Shown: piece by piece, positions 1 through 6,834 of the stretch
Numbering within the stretch: position 1 is the stretch's first letter
Layout: each line of letters starts with the position of its first letter
Program-made: the position numbers and the translations under genes
Notes under the pieces: model-generated
Seen by the model: only the letters and a program-made list of their open reading frames with translations
Databases searched by the model: none
What the model was told of the DNA's origin: nothing
Origin: a virus
Taxonomy: Duplodnaviria; Caudoviricetes
Strand: one strand, 5' to 3'
Virus record (IMG/VR): IMGVR_UViG_3300020044_006063
Span: 1-28,234 of that record
Length of the DNA: 28,234 bases

Positions 1-2
1 AC

Positions 3-896
3 TCTGTTGGTTCAGGGTATATTAACGACTATAAGATTAACTCAAAACAATACATCAATGATGTTGCTAAACAGATGTTCTTTGAGTTGATTGTAACAGG
101 TAATTTGTTCTTGGAAGTTGTTTGGAGAAAAGATAGAAAAGAAGGACTTAGTGGATTTCACGTAATTCCGAGTAAATACATGAGAGTTCATAAACCTGAA
201 AATCCAGGTGAACCAGCAACCAAGTATCTCTATTCAAGAGATTGGGCTAATTGGAGAAAAGGTGCTGCAGTTATTGAGTTCAGTGAGTTTGACCCAATGA
301 ACTATACAAATAGACAGGTTATTCATATTCGTTCTTATGGTCCTCAAAGTGAGTTTTATGGTGTTCCATCATATCTTGCTTGTATCAACGATATTAAGTT
401 AAACCACGAGATTACTGTATTTAACTTAGCAAACGTATTAAATAATTGTGCGGTTGGACTTTGGGTACATTTTAATCAGCAGGCTCCAGATTCAGAATAT
501 GAACAAAACAATGTATTAAGAAAAATTGAAGATAGATATATGGGTGCTGAAAATTCAGGTAGAATCATTGTATCTTATGGTGAAGAAGGACAAAAACCTG
601 ATATTACACAGATTCAATCTAATGTTGAAGATGGTTATTTTTCATCAATATTTGAGTTGGTTCAACACCAAATCTTATGTGGACACAATATCCCTGATGC
701 ATCAATTATCGGTTTACCACAAAGAACTGGTTTCAGTTCATCAGCAGACCAGTTGGAGGTCGGATTCAAATTGTTTTTATCAACAAGTATTTATCCATTA
801 CAGAAATTCTTAAATAGAGAGTTGAAACCTATTTTTGAGTTGATATATCCAGGTCAAGAAATTGACTTAACCATAACACAAAACAACATCATCTAA
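3..896 (+). CDS. Phage portal protein (5' truncated; frame open from window start)
   Basis: Frame has no stop from nt 3; portal-like motifs GNLFLEV, FYGVPSY, GAENSGRIIV, ILCGHNIP..IIG, IYPLQ. Confidence 0.85.
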   Translation, partial: SVGSGYINDYKINSKQYINDVAKQMFFELIVTGNLFLEVVWRKDRKEGLSGFHVIPSKYMRVHKPENPGEPATKYLYSRDWANWRKGAAVIEFSEFDPMNYTNRQVIHIRSYGPQSEFYGVPSYLACINDIKLNHEITVFNLANVLNNCAVGLWVHFNQQAPDSEYEQNNVLRKIEDRYMGAENSGRIIVSYGEEGQKPDITQIQSNVEDGYFSSIFELVQHQILCGHNIPDASIIGLPQRTGFSSSADQLEVGFKLFLSTSIYPLQKFLNRELKPIFELIYPGQEIDLTITQNNII

Positions 897-1549
897 TGTT
901 ATACAATGTACTTTTCATCAGCGAGCAAAAATTAAAGGATAACACACCTATTACGGACAATGTTGATAGTTCTGAGTTAAGATTTGCCATTCAACAAGCA
1001 CAGACAATACAAATCCAAGAAACACTTGGAACAAATCTGTATGAATACCTTATGAAGATTGTAGATGATGGTACAATCACATCAGACCCCGCTTTAATCA
1101 AGTATAAAGAGTTGATGGATAACTTTATTCAACCAACTTTGATTGCTTGGAGTTACTACTTAGCCTTGGACAACTTTTGGGTTAAGTTTATGAATGTTGG
1201 TTTGGTTCAGAATAGAAACGAACAGGGTTCAGCAGTTGACTTAAAGACATTACAATATCTTAAGAACAATGCCAAAAACCAATCAGAATTTCAAGATAAT
1301 CTATTAAGAAGACATTTATTGTTCAGGTCTGGATGGTACCCTGAATACTTTTCAGGTAATTTGCAAAATGGAGAATTACCACCTGAAACTGATACAGCAT
1401 TTAAGTCAAATATGACTTTACCTGGTGGGGGTTATTCATATAACAGAGGTTGGAACGGAAACTTTAATATGATGGGTCCATTGTGTGCTGGTAATGGTTT
1501 CCCGACATGGTACGGCAGTTCATCAAACTCACCGAACCCACATCACTAA
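896..1549 (+). CDS. Probable head-tail connector/adaptor protein
   Basis: 217 aa, coupled to portal (TAATG); LFISE..LK..TPI..NVD...L..AI..AQ..I...LGT.LY pattern typical of post-portal connectors in Bacteroidota phages. Confidence 0.6.
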   Translation: MLYNVLFISEQKLKDNTPITDNVDSSELRFAIQQAQTIQIQETLGTNLYEYLMKIVDDGTITSDPALIKYKELMDNFIQPTLIAWSYYLALDNFWVKFMNVGLVQNRNEQGSAVDLKTLQYLKNNAKNQSEFQDNLLRRHLLFRSGWYPEYFSGNLQNGELPPETDTAFKSNMTLPGGGYSYNRGWNGNFNMMGPLCAGNGFPTWYGSSSNSPNPHH

Positions 1550-2286
1550 CTAATTTTATCACTTTTCGCAATATTTTCATACCACCACAATGGTTGTAAA
1601 TTTGTGTAATGAGAAAGTTTATATAACTCATCTTCAGATTTTGCAGAGGCGAGTGGTATGATATGGTCAATATGCCATCCTGATTGAGACCAATTATCCC
1701 AAGACATACCAGTCTTAAATTGATTTTCTAAATGTGTTTTAAGTTGGCTCCAATCACAACCAATTATTTCATCAATTCTTTTACTTCTTCTGGTTACTAT
1801 CTTACTGATTCTACCTCTTGTTAATCTTCTCAATTTATATAAAATATCATTATCATATCTTAATTTAAGATTCTGATTTTTTTTCATAACCCTAATAGGG
1901 TCTTTAGCCTTTTCTCTATGAGCGGCTCTTATTATTGGACCTTTAATTGGGTCTTGTCTATCAAGTTTCTTTTTAATTCGTTTTTTTTCTAAATAAGATT
2001 CACGGGTAGTTTCATCAGTATAATATTTTTTATTGCGCTCACTATTTTTTACACATTCTTCTTTTCTATATTGTTCATCTTTTCTTCTTTGTTGTTTGTA
2101 TAATCTTCTTTGCTCTTTTCTATCTTCTCTTTGATTGATTAATTTTTGATATTCAATCCTTTCAGGATTTCTTTGATAAATTCTCATACAATCTAAACAT
2201 TTTGATTGATGTCCATCTTTTAATGCAGCATTTTTACCAAAATCAGAATATGGTTTTTCAATATTACATTTTTTACAAACTTTCAT
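1546..2286 (-). CDS. Zn-finger HNH-type endonuclease (start revised to ATG 2286)
   Basis: N-terminal CKKC..CLDC; C-terminal GMSWDNW..WHIDHIIP..HYTNLQPLW..EN..K; ATG 2286 lies 4 nt after TATCTTTG. Confidence 0.8.
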   Translation of the reverse strand: MKVCKKCNIEKPYSDFGKNAALKDGHQSKCLDCMRIYQRNPERIEYQKLINQREDRKEQRRLYKQQRRKDEQYRKEECVKNSERNKKYYTDETTRESYLEKKRIKKKLDRQDPIKGPIIRAAHREKAKDPIRVMKKNQNLKLRYDNDILYKLRRLTRGRISKIVTRRSKRIDEIIGCDWSQLKTHLENQFKTGMSWDNWSQSGWHIDHIIPLASAKSEDELYKLSHYTNLQPLWWYENIAKSDKIS

Positions 2287-2290
2287 AATA

Positions 2291-2298
2291 CAAAGATA
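2291..2298 (-). promoter_or_regulatory. Bacteroidota-type -7 element TATCTTTG
   Basis: Matches TAnnTTTG; 4 nt upstream of ATG 2286; no clear -33 TTTG. Confidence 0.6.
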
Positions 2299-2302
2299 CA
2301 AC

Positions 2303-2328
2303 AAAAAACCCCAACTTTCGTCAGGGTT
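2303..2328 (-). terminator. Intrinsic terminator
   Basis: AACCCTGAC-GAAA-GTTGGGGTT 9-bp stem (2 G-U) with GNRA loop followed by T run, just after stop at 2336. Confidence 0.75.
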
Positions 2329-2335
2329 CGTAAAA

Positions 2336-2491
2336 TTATTTTTTATCTAATTTCCTCAAGGTAGATTCAATTAGTTTAATCTCATCGTGGATATGTTTTG
2401 GTACCTCAAAACCTGAGGAACTAAACATCGCTTGTTTAACCTTTAATGAGTTTAATTTCTTTGTAAAGATTTCAATTTTATCATTATTCAT
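2336..2491 (-). CDS. Hypothetical protein, 51 aa (not in ORF track): MNNDKIEIFTKKLNSLKVKQAMFSSSGFEVPKHIHDEIKLIESTLRKLDKK
   Basis: Hand translation; fills the gap between the 2504 gene and the terminator; GATACTTAT motif 5 nt upstream of ATG. Confidence 0.7.
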   Translation of the reverse strand: MNNDKIEIFTKKLNSLKVKQAMFSSSGFEVPKHIHDEIKLIESTLRKLDKK

Positions 2492-2503
2492 ACTAAATAA
2501 GTA

Positions 2504-2710
2504 TCATTTTTCGTTCTTAAGGTACTCATCAATAGTTGATAACCTTTGTCCTATCTCTTTGCTATAACCATTTTCAACATAATCAACGATTACATTGGTG
2601 ATAGAAATAACCTCTTTTAGAGTCAAACATTGATTACATGATGCTGCCCAGTCGTTTACAAACTTGAGCGATGATTGTGTTGCGATTTGTCTTGATTGTG
2701 TCTGTGCCAT
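2504..2710 (-). CDS. Hypothetical protein, 68 aa
   Basis: ORF tiles with neighbours; A-rich start context. Confidence 0.7.
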   Translation of the reverse strand: MAQTQSRQIATQSSLKFVNDWAASCNQCLTLKEVISITNVIVDYVENGYSKEIGQRLSTIDEYLKNEK

Positions 2711-2715
2711 ATATT

Positions 2716-2943
2716 TTAGATATTATAATTGTTCTCAAAAAAGTTATTCATTTGTTCCTCAAAAACTCTCTCTTCCATTTCTTTACGAAACTGATACTCA
2801 TTATCAGCGTCTTCCATTTCTTGTTCTTTAGGTCCAAATAAATGCATGATGATTTGTTGTTCTGTTAGTTCATTTGCTAACTTTCTGCGTTCTGATGGAA
2901 ATACTGGTAGTGTGTATTCCAATGTGTGTTTTGAGTGTCCCAT
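2716..2943 (-). CDS. Hypothetical protein, 75 aa, acidic C-terminus
   Basis: ATG 4 nt downstream of TATATTTG. Confidence 0.7.
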   Translation of the reverse strand: MGHSKHTLEYTLPVFPSERRKLANELTEQQIIMHLFGPKEQEMEDADNEYQFRKEMEERVFEEQMNNFFENNYNI

Positions 2944-2947
2944 ACTA

Positions 2948-2979
2948 CAAATATAATAAAAAATATTTATTCAATCAAA
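2948..2979 (-). promoter_or_regulatory. Bacteroidota primary-sigma promoter TTTG-N20-TATATTTG
   Basis: Both -33 and -7 elements with canonical spacing; ATG follows after 4 nt. Confidence 0.7.
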
Positions 2980-3176
2980 TCTACATCAATATAATCTTCT
3001 TCAGCCTTATCAATCACTGCTTCCAACTTATCAATGATATTTTTGTATCCTTGCATATCAGGAAATTGTTTATAAATGTCCACACATGCATTGTAAAGGA
3101 CTTTAATGTCTTGGAGGTGTAATGTTAACCCTACAAGTAATGAATCGTTTTTCTTGTTAATTTTTCTATATTCCAT
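2967..3176 (-). CDS. Hypothetical protein (start revised to ATG 3176)
   Basis: ATG in A-rich context 5 nt after the upstream stop. Confidence 0.65.
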   Translation of the reverse strand: MEYRKINKKNDSLLVGLTLHLQDIKVLYNACVDIYKQFPDMQGYKNIIDKLEAVIDKAEEDYIDVDLIE

Positions 3177-3181
3177 TTTAT

Positions 3182-3490
3182 TTAATCTAACCAATAATCT
3201 ATAAACTTATAAACTTTTCTTGAACCAGCATCGCTGTCCATCATACCCAAATCATCCATTGTATTCACAAACGCAACTCTAACATACATTTGTTTTATCA
3301 ATTCTATTTCATCATTACAAAACTCATATAGTTCATCACGCTCTAAATGATAATCTTTTATCAAAATACGAATTAAAGTCATCTTATCTAATGTATCAAC
3401 AACACACCAAAGTGTATTCATACTTGATAAGAATTGATTAAATAGATTTGTACCAATCCCAAGTTGTTTAGAGATTTCTTTATTATTCAT
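3182..3490 (-). CDS. Hypothetical protein (start revised to ATG 3490)
   Basis: ATG immediately follows the HNH stop. Confidence 0.65.
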   Translation of the reverse strand: MNNKEISKQLGIGTNLFNQFLSSMNTLWCVVDTLDKMTLIRILIKDYHLERDELYEFCNDEIELIKQMYVRVAFVNTMDDLGMMDSDAGSRKVYKFIDYWLD

Positions 3491-3491
3491 A

Positions 3492-3998
3492 TTAGATAAT
3501 CTTATTACCCCATTTTTCATTTACTCTACAACCTTTACTTTGATTATCGTGCCCCCACATTGGACGCAAATTTGTATAATGAAAAAGTTTTGATAATTCT
3601 TCTTCATTTTTCGCTGAAGCACAAGGTATAAAATGGTCTATATGCCATCCAAGTAAACTATGATTATCCCAATTCATACCTGTTTCCCATTGTGATTCAA
3701 TCCAATTCTTAAAAAATGGGATATCACAACCTAAGTATTCTAATGTTCCTTTATTCTTTTTTAAGTTTTTATTTAATTGTCCACACATCAAAACTTTTAA
3801 TTTGTATAAAATATCATTATGATATCTTTGCGTTTGTCTTTCACTGGCGCCTTTTAACCACATATCTTTATTATTGTTATAATAAATCTTTCTACAAGGT
3901 TTACAATATTGTGAAAACCCATCTTTTCTATGACTATTTGAGTAAAAAAACTCACGACTTGCTGGTTTTTCAATATTACACATTGGACATCTTTTCAT
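3492..3998 (-). CDS. Zn-finger HNH-type endonuclease, paralog of 1546..2286
   Basis: CPMC..CKPC; DILYKL; GMNWDNH..WHIDHFIP..HYTNLRPMW..DN..K. Confidence 0.8.
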   Translation of the reverse strand: MKRCPMCNIEKPASREFFYSNSHRKDGFSQYCKPCRKIYYNNNKDMWLKGASERQTQRYHNDILYKLKVLMCGQLNKNLKKNKGTLEYLGCDIPFFKNWIESQWETGMNWDNHSLLGWHIDHFIPCASAKNEEELSKLFHYTNLRPMWGHDNQSKGCRVNEKWGNKII

Positions 3999-4002
3999 AC
4001 TA

Positions 4003-4033
4003 CAAAGATAAAACTTATTTTGATACTGCCAAA
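4003..4033 (-). promoter_or_regulatory. Bacteroidota primary-sigma promoter TTTG-N19-TATCTTTG
   Basis: Both elements present; ATG 3998 follows after 4 nt. Confidence 0.7.
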
Positions 4034-4034
4034 A

Positions 4035-4343
4035 TTATTTCAAATAATTTTCCAAACCAGTGTAATCAATGTCTAATTTATTAAAGTGGGGGAACATCTT
4101 ATTCAATGTAATAATAAAGTAATGTTCAATAATACTGATTTTGGTATCATTATATTTGTAAACACCCATCTGCATATCCATTTCAATAAGTCGTTTATCT
4201 AACATCATTTGTGAGTGTAGATTCTTTGTTACAGATTTAATCATCAAGACAATGTAGTTATCATTACTTGAAATCTTAAACTTGATACCCAACTTTTCAA
4301 TTAGAAAATCAATCGGTATTAGTGTTTGTGGTTTTTGATACAT
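4035..4343 (-). CDS. Hypothetical protein, 102 aa
   Basis: ORF tiles within the leftward operon. Confidence 0.65.
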   Translation of the reverse strand: MYQKPQTLIPIDFLIEKLGIKFKISSNDNYIVLMIKSVTKNLHSQMMLDKRLIEMDMQMGVYKYNDTKISIIEHYFIITLNKMFPHFNKLDIDYTGLENYLK

Positions 4344-4551
4344 TTTTTGATTTTGTTATAAATGAGTTGTGGTAATCTTTGAACACTTCGTAGTCCAACA
4401 TTGCGTCAAACATATCACCAGAACACTCACAATCTTTATCTAACGGAGTTTCTATGCAGTGGATGAGTGTAACCTTATTTCCGTCCAAGAAAGTTAACTC
4501 AAATTGTTCTGTGGAGTAATTAACCCCACCTATAATAGTATGTGTCTTCAT
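4309..4551 (-). CDS. Hypothetical protein, 80 aa
   Basis: ATGA overlap with upstream gene. Confidence 0.65.
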   Translation of the reverse strand: MKTHTIIGGVNYSTEQFELTFLDGNKVTLIHCIETPLDKDCECSGDMFDAMLDYEVFKDYHNSFITKSKNVSKTTNTNTD

Positions 4552-4856
4552 ATTAATTTGTGTTTGATTAAGAATTGTTCATGAACACTCAAATCACTAT
4601 TAAAGTCATATCCAATGTTCTGTAACATTATCTTTGATTGTTCCTCAACATACTGGTTTCTATCCTGAGCCCCTTTCTTGTAATTGATTTCTCTTTCATC
4701 ATAAACAAGTTCAGAACACTTTTCACAGAATAAGTTATATTCACCATTTTTGTTTAACCCAAATTCAGTGTGGATAACATATTCCTTTTCGTGGGAACAC
4801 CAAACATATTCCTCATCATCAATGTATATTATTTTCCTTATCTTCCTGTATGCCAT
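4548..4856 (-). CDS. Putative Zn-binding protein, paralog of 5030..5362
   Basis: CSHE..CEKC and C-terminal LQNIGYDF..VHEQFLIKH. Confidence 0.65.
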   Translation of the reverse strand: MAYRKIRKIIYIDDEEYVWCSHEKEYVIHTEFGLNKNGEYNLFCEKCSELVYDEREINYKKGAQDRNQYVEEQSKIMLQNIGYDFNSDLSVHEQFLIKHKLI

Positions 4857-5028
4857 CTCTTAATTGTGGATAATTTCTTTCGTCCCATCTCATTTGATTT
4901 GCAATCTTAGTTATGTGTCCTCTACTAACGTGGTAGCGTTTAGAGAGCATTAAGTGGGTCCATTCACCCGTTTTAAGTAACTTACGGATGTTTCTAACTT
5001 TTTCAACTGATAATTTTATTGTAGCCAT
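4819..5028 (-). CDS. Small helix-turn-helix DNA-binding protein
   Basis: KLSVEKVRNIR..THLMLSKRYHVSRGHITKIA..RW resembles the HTH found at the C-terminus of many HNH endonucleases. Confidence 0.65.
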   Translation of the reverse strand: MATIKLSVEKVRNIRKLLKTGEWTHLMLSKRYHVSRGHITKIANQMRWDERNYPQLRDGIQEDKENNIH

Positions 5029-5029
5029 G

Positions 5030-5362
5030 TTATTTTATATTATGTTTTTTATTGAATTGAATGTGTACTGGTGGAACATCTATACCAAATTGATATCCAA
5101 GTGTCTCTAATAACCTCTGAACCCCGTGAAAGTCCTCATCTTGTATGGGGTCTAACTTGAGGTAATCCATTTCATCTGATTCATCTTTGTTTTTCTTTCC
5201 GTAATGTAGTTTACATTGGGTTGATATCTTGAATGGTCCTGTCTTTGATTTATAGAAATTAGTTTCAGGTAGATATGTTCCACAATTACGACAGAAATAT
5301 ATCCAACCATTTTCAGTCATCATCCTTCTACGAAGGTTCATATTGATTTGTTCTTTACCCAT
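5030..5362 (-). CDS. Putative Zn-binding protein (start revised to ATG 5362)
   Basis: CRNC..CKLH and C-terminal LETLGYQF..VHIQFNKKH; ATG 4 nt after TATATTTAT. Confidence 0.65.
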   Translation of the reverse strand: MGKEQINMNLRRRMMTENGWIYFCRNCGTYLPETNFYKSKTGPFKISTQCKLHYGKKNKDESDEMDYLKLDPIQDEDFHGVQRLLETLGYQFGIDVPPVHIQFNKKHNIK

Positions 5363-5366
5363 ATCT

Positions 5367-5445
5367 ATAAATATATACAAAAATAGTAAAAAACTCAAAA
5401 TAAATCAATTTTATTTGACTTTATACAAAAATATATTATATTTAT
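5367..5445. promoter_or_regulatory. Back-to-back divergent promoters
   Basis: Minus: TTTG(5399-5396)-N20-TATATTTAT(5375-5367)-N4-ATG; plus: TTTG(5414-5417)-N19-TATATTTAT(5437-5445)-N4-ATG; coding strand switches here. Confidence 0.7.
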
Positions 5446-5449
5446 TTGT

Positions 5450-5599
5450 ATGAAAAGTATGTTAATGGACGAAAAAATACATGCGATGTTGAAACAACAT
5501 TGTCTTGAAAATGGACTGGTAATGAAATCTTTGGTTGAAAAACTAATCATAAACGAAATCAAGAAAAACGAAAAAAATGAGTACAAGAAAAGCATTTAA
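5450..5599 (+). CDS. Ribbon-helix-helix-like transcriptional regulator, 49 aa (not in ORF track): MKSMLMDEKIHAMLKQHCLENGLVMKSLVEKLIINEIKKNEKNEYKKSI
   Basis: Hand translation; beta-strand, helix, G turn, helix pattern as in CopG/Arc; directly after a promoter, overlaps the rep start. Confidence 0.7.
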   Translation: MKSMLMDEKIHAMLKQHCLENGLVMKSLVEKLIINEIKKNEKNEYKKSI

Positions 5600-6128
5600 C
5601 TTTCTTCGTAGTTATTACGATGTGTTAGAAGACATTTATGATGATAAAGATAAACTCACTTATCTTATGGCTATTTTGGATAAACAATTCAAGGGAATTG
5701 AACCTGAATTAACTGGTATACCCAAGTTATGTTATAAAGGACAGAAGCATTCTATTGATACATCAAGAAAAGGTTGGGAGGATAAAGTAGGTTATGAACC
5801 CCCTACCCTTACCATAGGGGGTAGTGAAGGGGGTATGGGACACCCTACAGAAGGGTCTACTGAAGGGTCTACTGAAGGGGATATACAACCCCCTTCTGGT
5901 GATATCATTATGACTACCGAACCCCCTACAGAAGGGGTTAGGGTACCCCCTTACCTACAAGAGCAAGAGAAAGAGCAAGAGAAAGAGAAAGAAGAAGTAA
6001 AAGAGCAAAAAAAAGAAAAATTGAAAAAAGATGAAATAGTATCAATTAACTACATTATGGATTCTATGAATTGTTCATTTGATGATGCGTTGGATATATT
6101 CACTTCAACAGATGAATATCATATTTAA
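5577..6128 (+). CDS. Phage replication initiator / replisome organizer-like protein
   Basis: N-terminal RKAFNFLRSYYDVLE..L.YL.AI (DUF6291-like by eye), central DNA repeats, EQEKE lysine/glutamate tract. Confidence 0.65.
   Translation: MSTRKAFNFLRSYYDVLEDIYDDKDKLTYLMAILDKQFKGIEPELTGIPKLCYKGQKHSIDTSRKGWEDKVGYEPPTLTIGGSEGGMGHPTEGSTEGSTEGDIQPPSGDIIMTTEPPTEGVRVPPYLQEQEKEQEKEKEEVKEQKKEKLKKDEIVSINYIMDSMNCSFDDALDIFTSTDEYHI
5798..5954. repeat. Iteron-like repeats, candidate replication origin
   Basis: 12-bp unit CTAC(A/T)GAAGGG(T/G) at 5845, 5857, 5869, 5926, variant at 5821, plus inverted ACCCCCT copies. Confidence 0.65.
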
Positions 6129-6132
6129 TAGT

Positions 6133-6330
6133 ATGTTAGATAAAGATACCATAGGGATTGCTACAGCAAATATAATAACACCAGTATCCGTTGGACTGGC
6201 TGTAATGAACCCAGTAACCATATTGACGATATTATCAATAACCAGTTCAATTATTCTAAATGCTGTGTTAATTTATAAAAATCTCAAAAAGAAAAATTAC
6301 CAAGAAACTACAAATGTTATAAAAGGTTAA
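6133..6330 (+). CDS. Small membrane protein, holin-like (start revised to ATG 6133)
   Basis: 65 aa, long hydrophobic segment followed by basic YKNLKKK tail; ATG 4 nt after CATATTTAA. Confidence 0.55.
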   Translation: MLDKDTIGIATANIITPVSVGLAVMNPVTILTILSITSSIILNAVLIYKNLKKKNYQETTNVIKG

Positions 6331-6372
6331 TTATAATTAACTTAATTCTAATGTACCCATGTTAGATTGATG

Positions 6373-6408
6373 AAACCCTTGTAAAGTCCCATTTTCAAGG
6401 GTTTTTTT
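6373..6408 (+). terminator. Intrinsic terminator
   Basis: AAACCCTTG..CAAGGGTTT stem running into a T tract. Confidence 0.75.
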
Positions 6409-6437
6409 ATTAAACAATATTTCGTATATTTATAACA

Positions 6438-6537
6438 ACAGAGTAGTACTGCGTTCTTACATACTGTCCATATAATTTTTTTTTACTACTCTGTAAGTTC
6501 ATGATATAGCCCTCATCTGTCTTGATGGGGGTTTTTT
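6438..6537 (+). ncRNA. Candidate ~100-nt small RNA
   Basis: TATATTTAT motif at 6425-6433, no ORF, perfect 11-bp stem 6438-6448/6484-6494 around a 35-nt loop, own terminator 6509-6537. Confidence 0.6.
6509..6537 (+). terminator. Intrinsic terminator of the candidate sRNA
   Basis: GCCCTCATC-TGTCTT-GATGGGGGT followed by TTTTT. Confidence 0.75.
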
Positions 6538-6573
6538 ATTTCCAACTCAATTATTTTTATTATATTTATAATA

Positions 6574-6834
6574 ATGATGAATATTAAAGAAATATTACAA
6601 GGTTATTTCAATTTAACACCATTAGAGAAAGATGATTTGTTAGTTAAATTATCCAATTATTATTTTGAGGAAGGTAGAAATATGGGTATGACCTCAGTAG
6701 AGATTGTGGCTTGTTTCCAACCCTTAATAGATGAGGCAGTGAAGAATGATGACTTTGAGGTAGCACAAGCATTCAAGGATATCAAAGACGCAATAGAAAT
6801 AGTATTAAGAGAAAGGATGAATAACAATGGCTAA
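6574..6834 (+). CDS. Hypothetical protein with UvrB/UvrC (UVR)-like motif
   Basis: LIDEAVKNDDFEVAQAFKDI; ATG 4 nt after TATATTTAT (6561-6569). Confidence 0.65.
   Translation: MMNIKEILQGYFNLTPLEKDDLLVKLSNYYFEEGRNMGMTSVEIVACFQPLIDEAVKNDDFEVAQAFKDIKDAIEIVLRERMNNNG

Noticed and set aside
3716-4084. Plus-strand ORFs in the leftward cluster (also 2874..3122)
   Set aside because: Overlap well-supported minus-strand genes; atypical composition
5395-5595. 66-aa minus-strand ORF
   Set aside because: Antisense to the more plausible RHH gene at 5450..5599, which has a promoter and a recognisable pattern
5798-5990. Repeats as a CRISPR mini-array
   Set aside because: Units are 12 bp, tandem, in-frame and lack unique spacers; no cas genes
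6438-6537. tRNA, or a minus-strand micro-ORF (MDSM) as the explanation of the element
   Set aside because: No cloverleaf or TTC loop; promoter motif and terminator polarity both point to a plus-strand transcript
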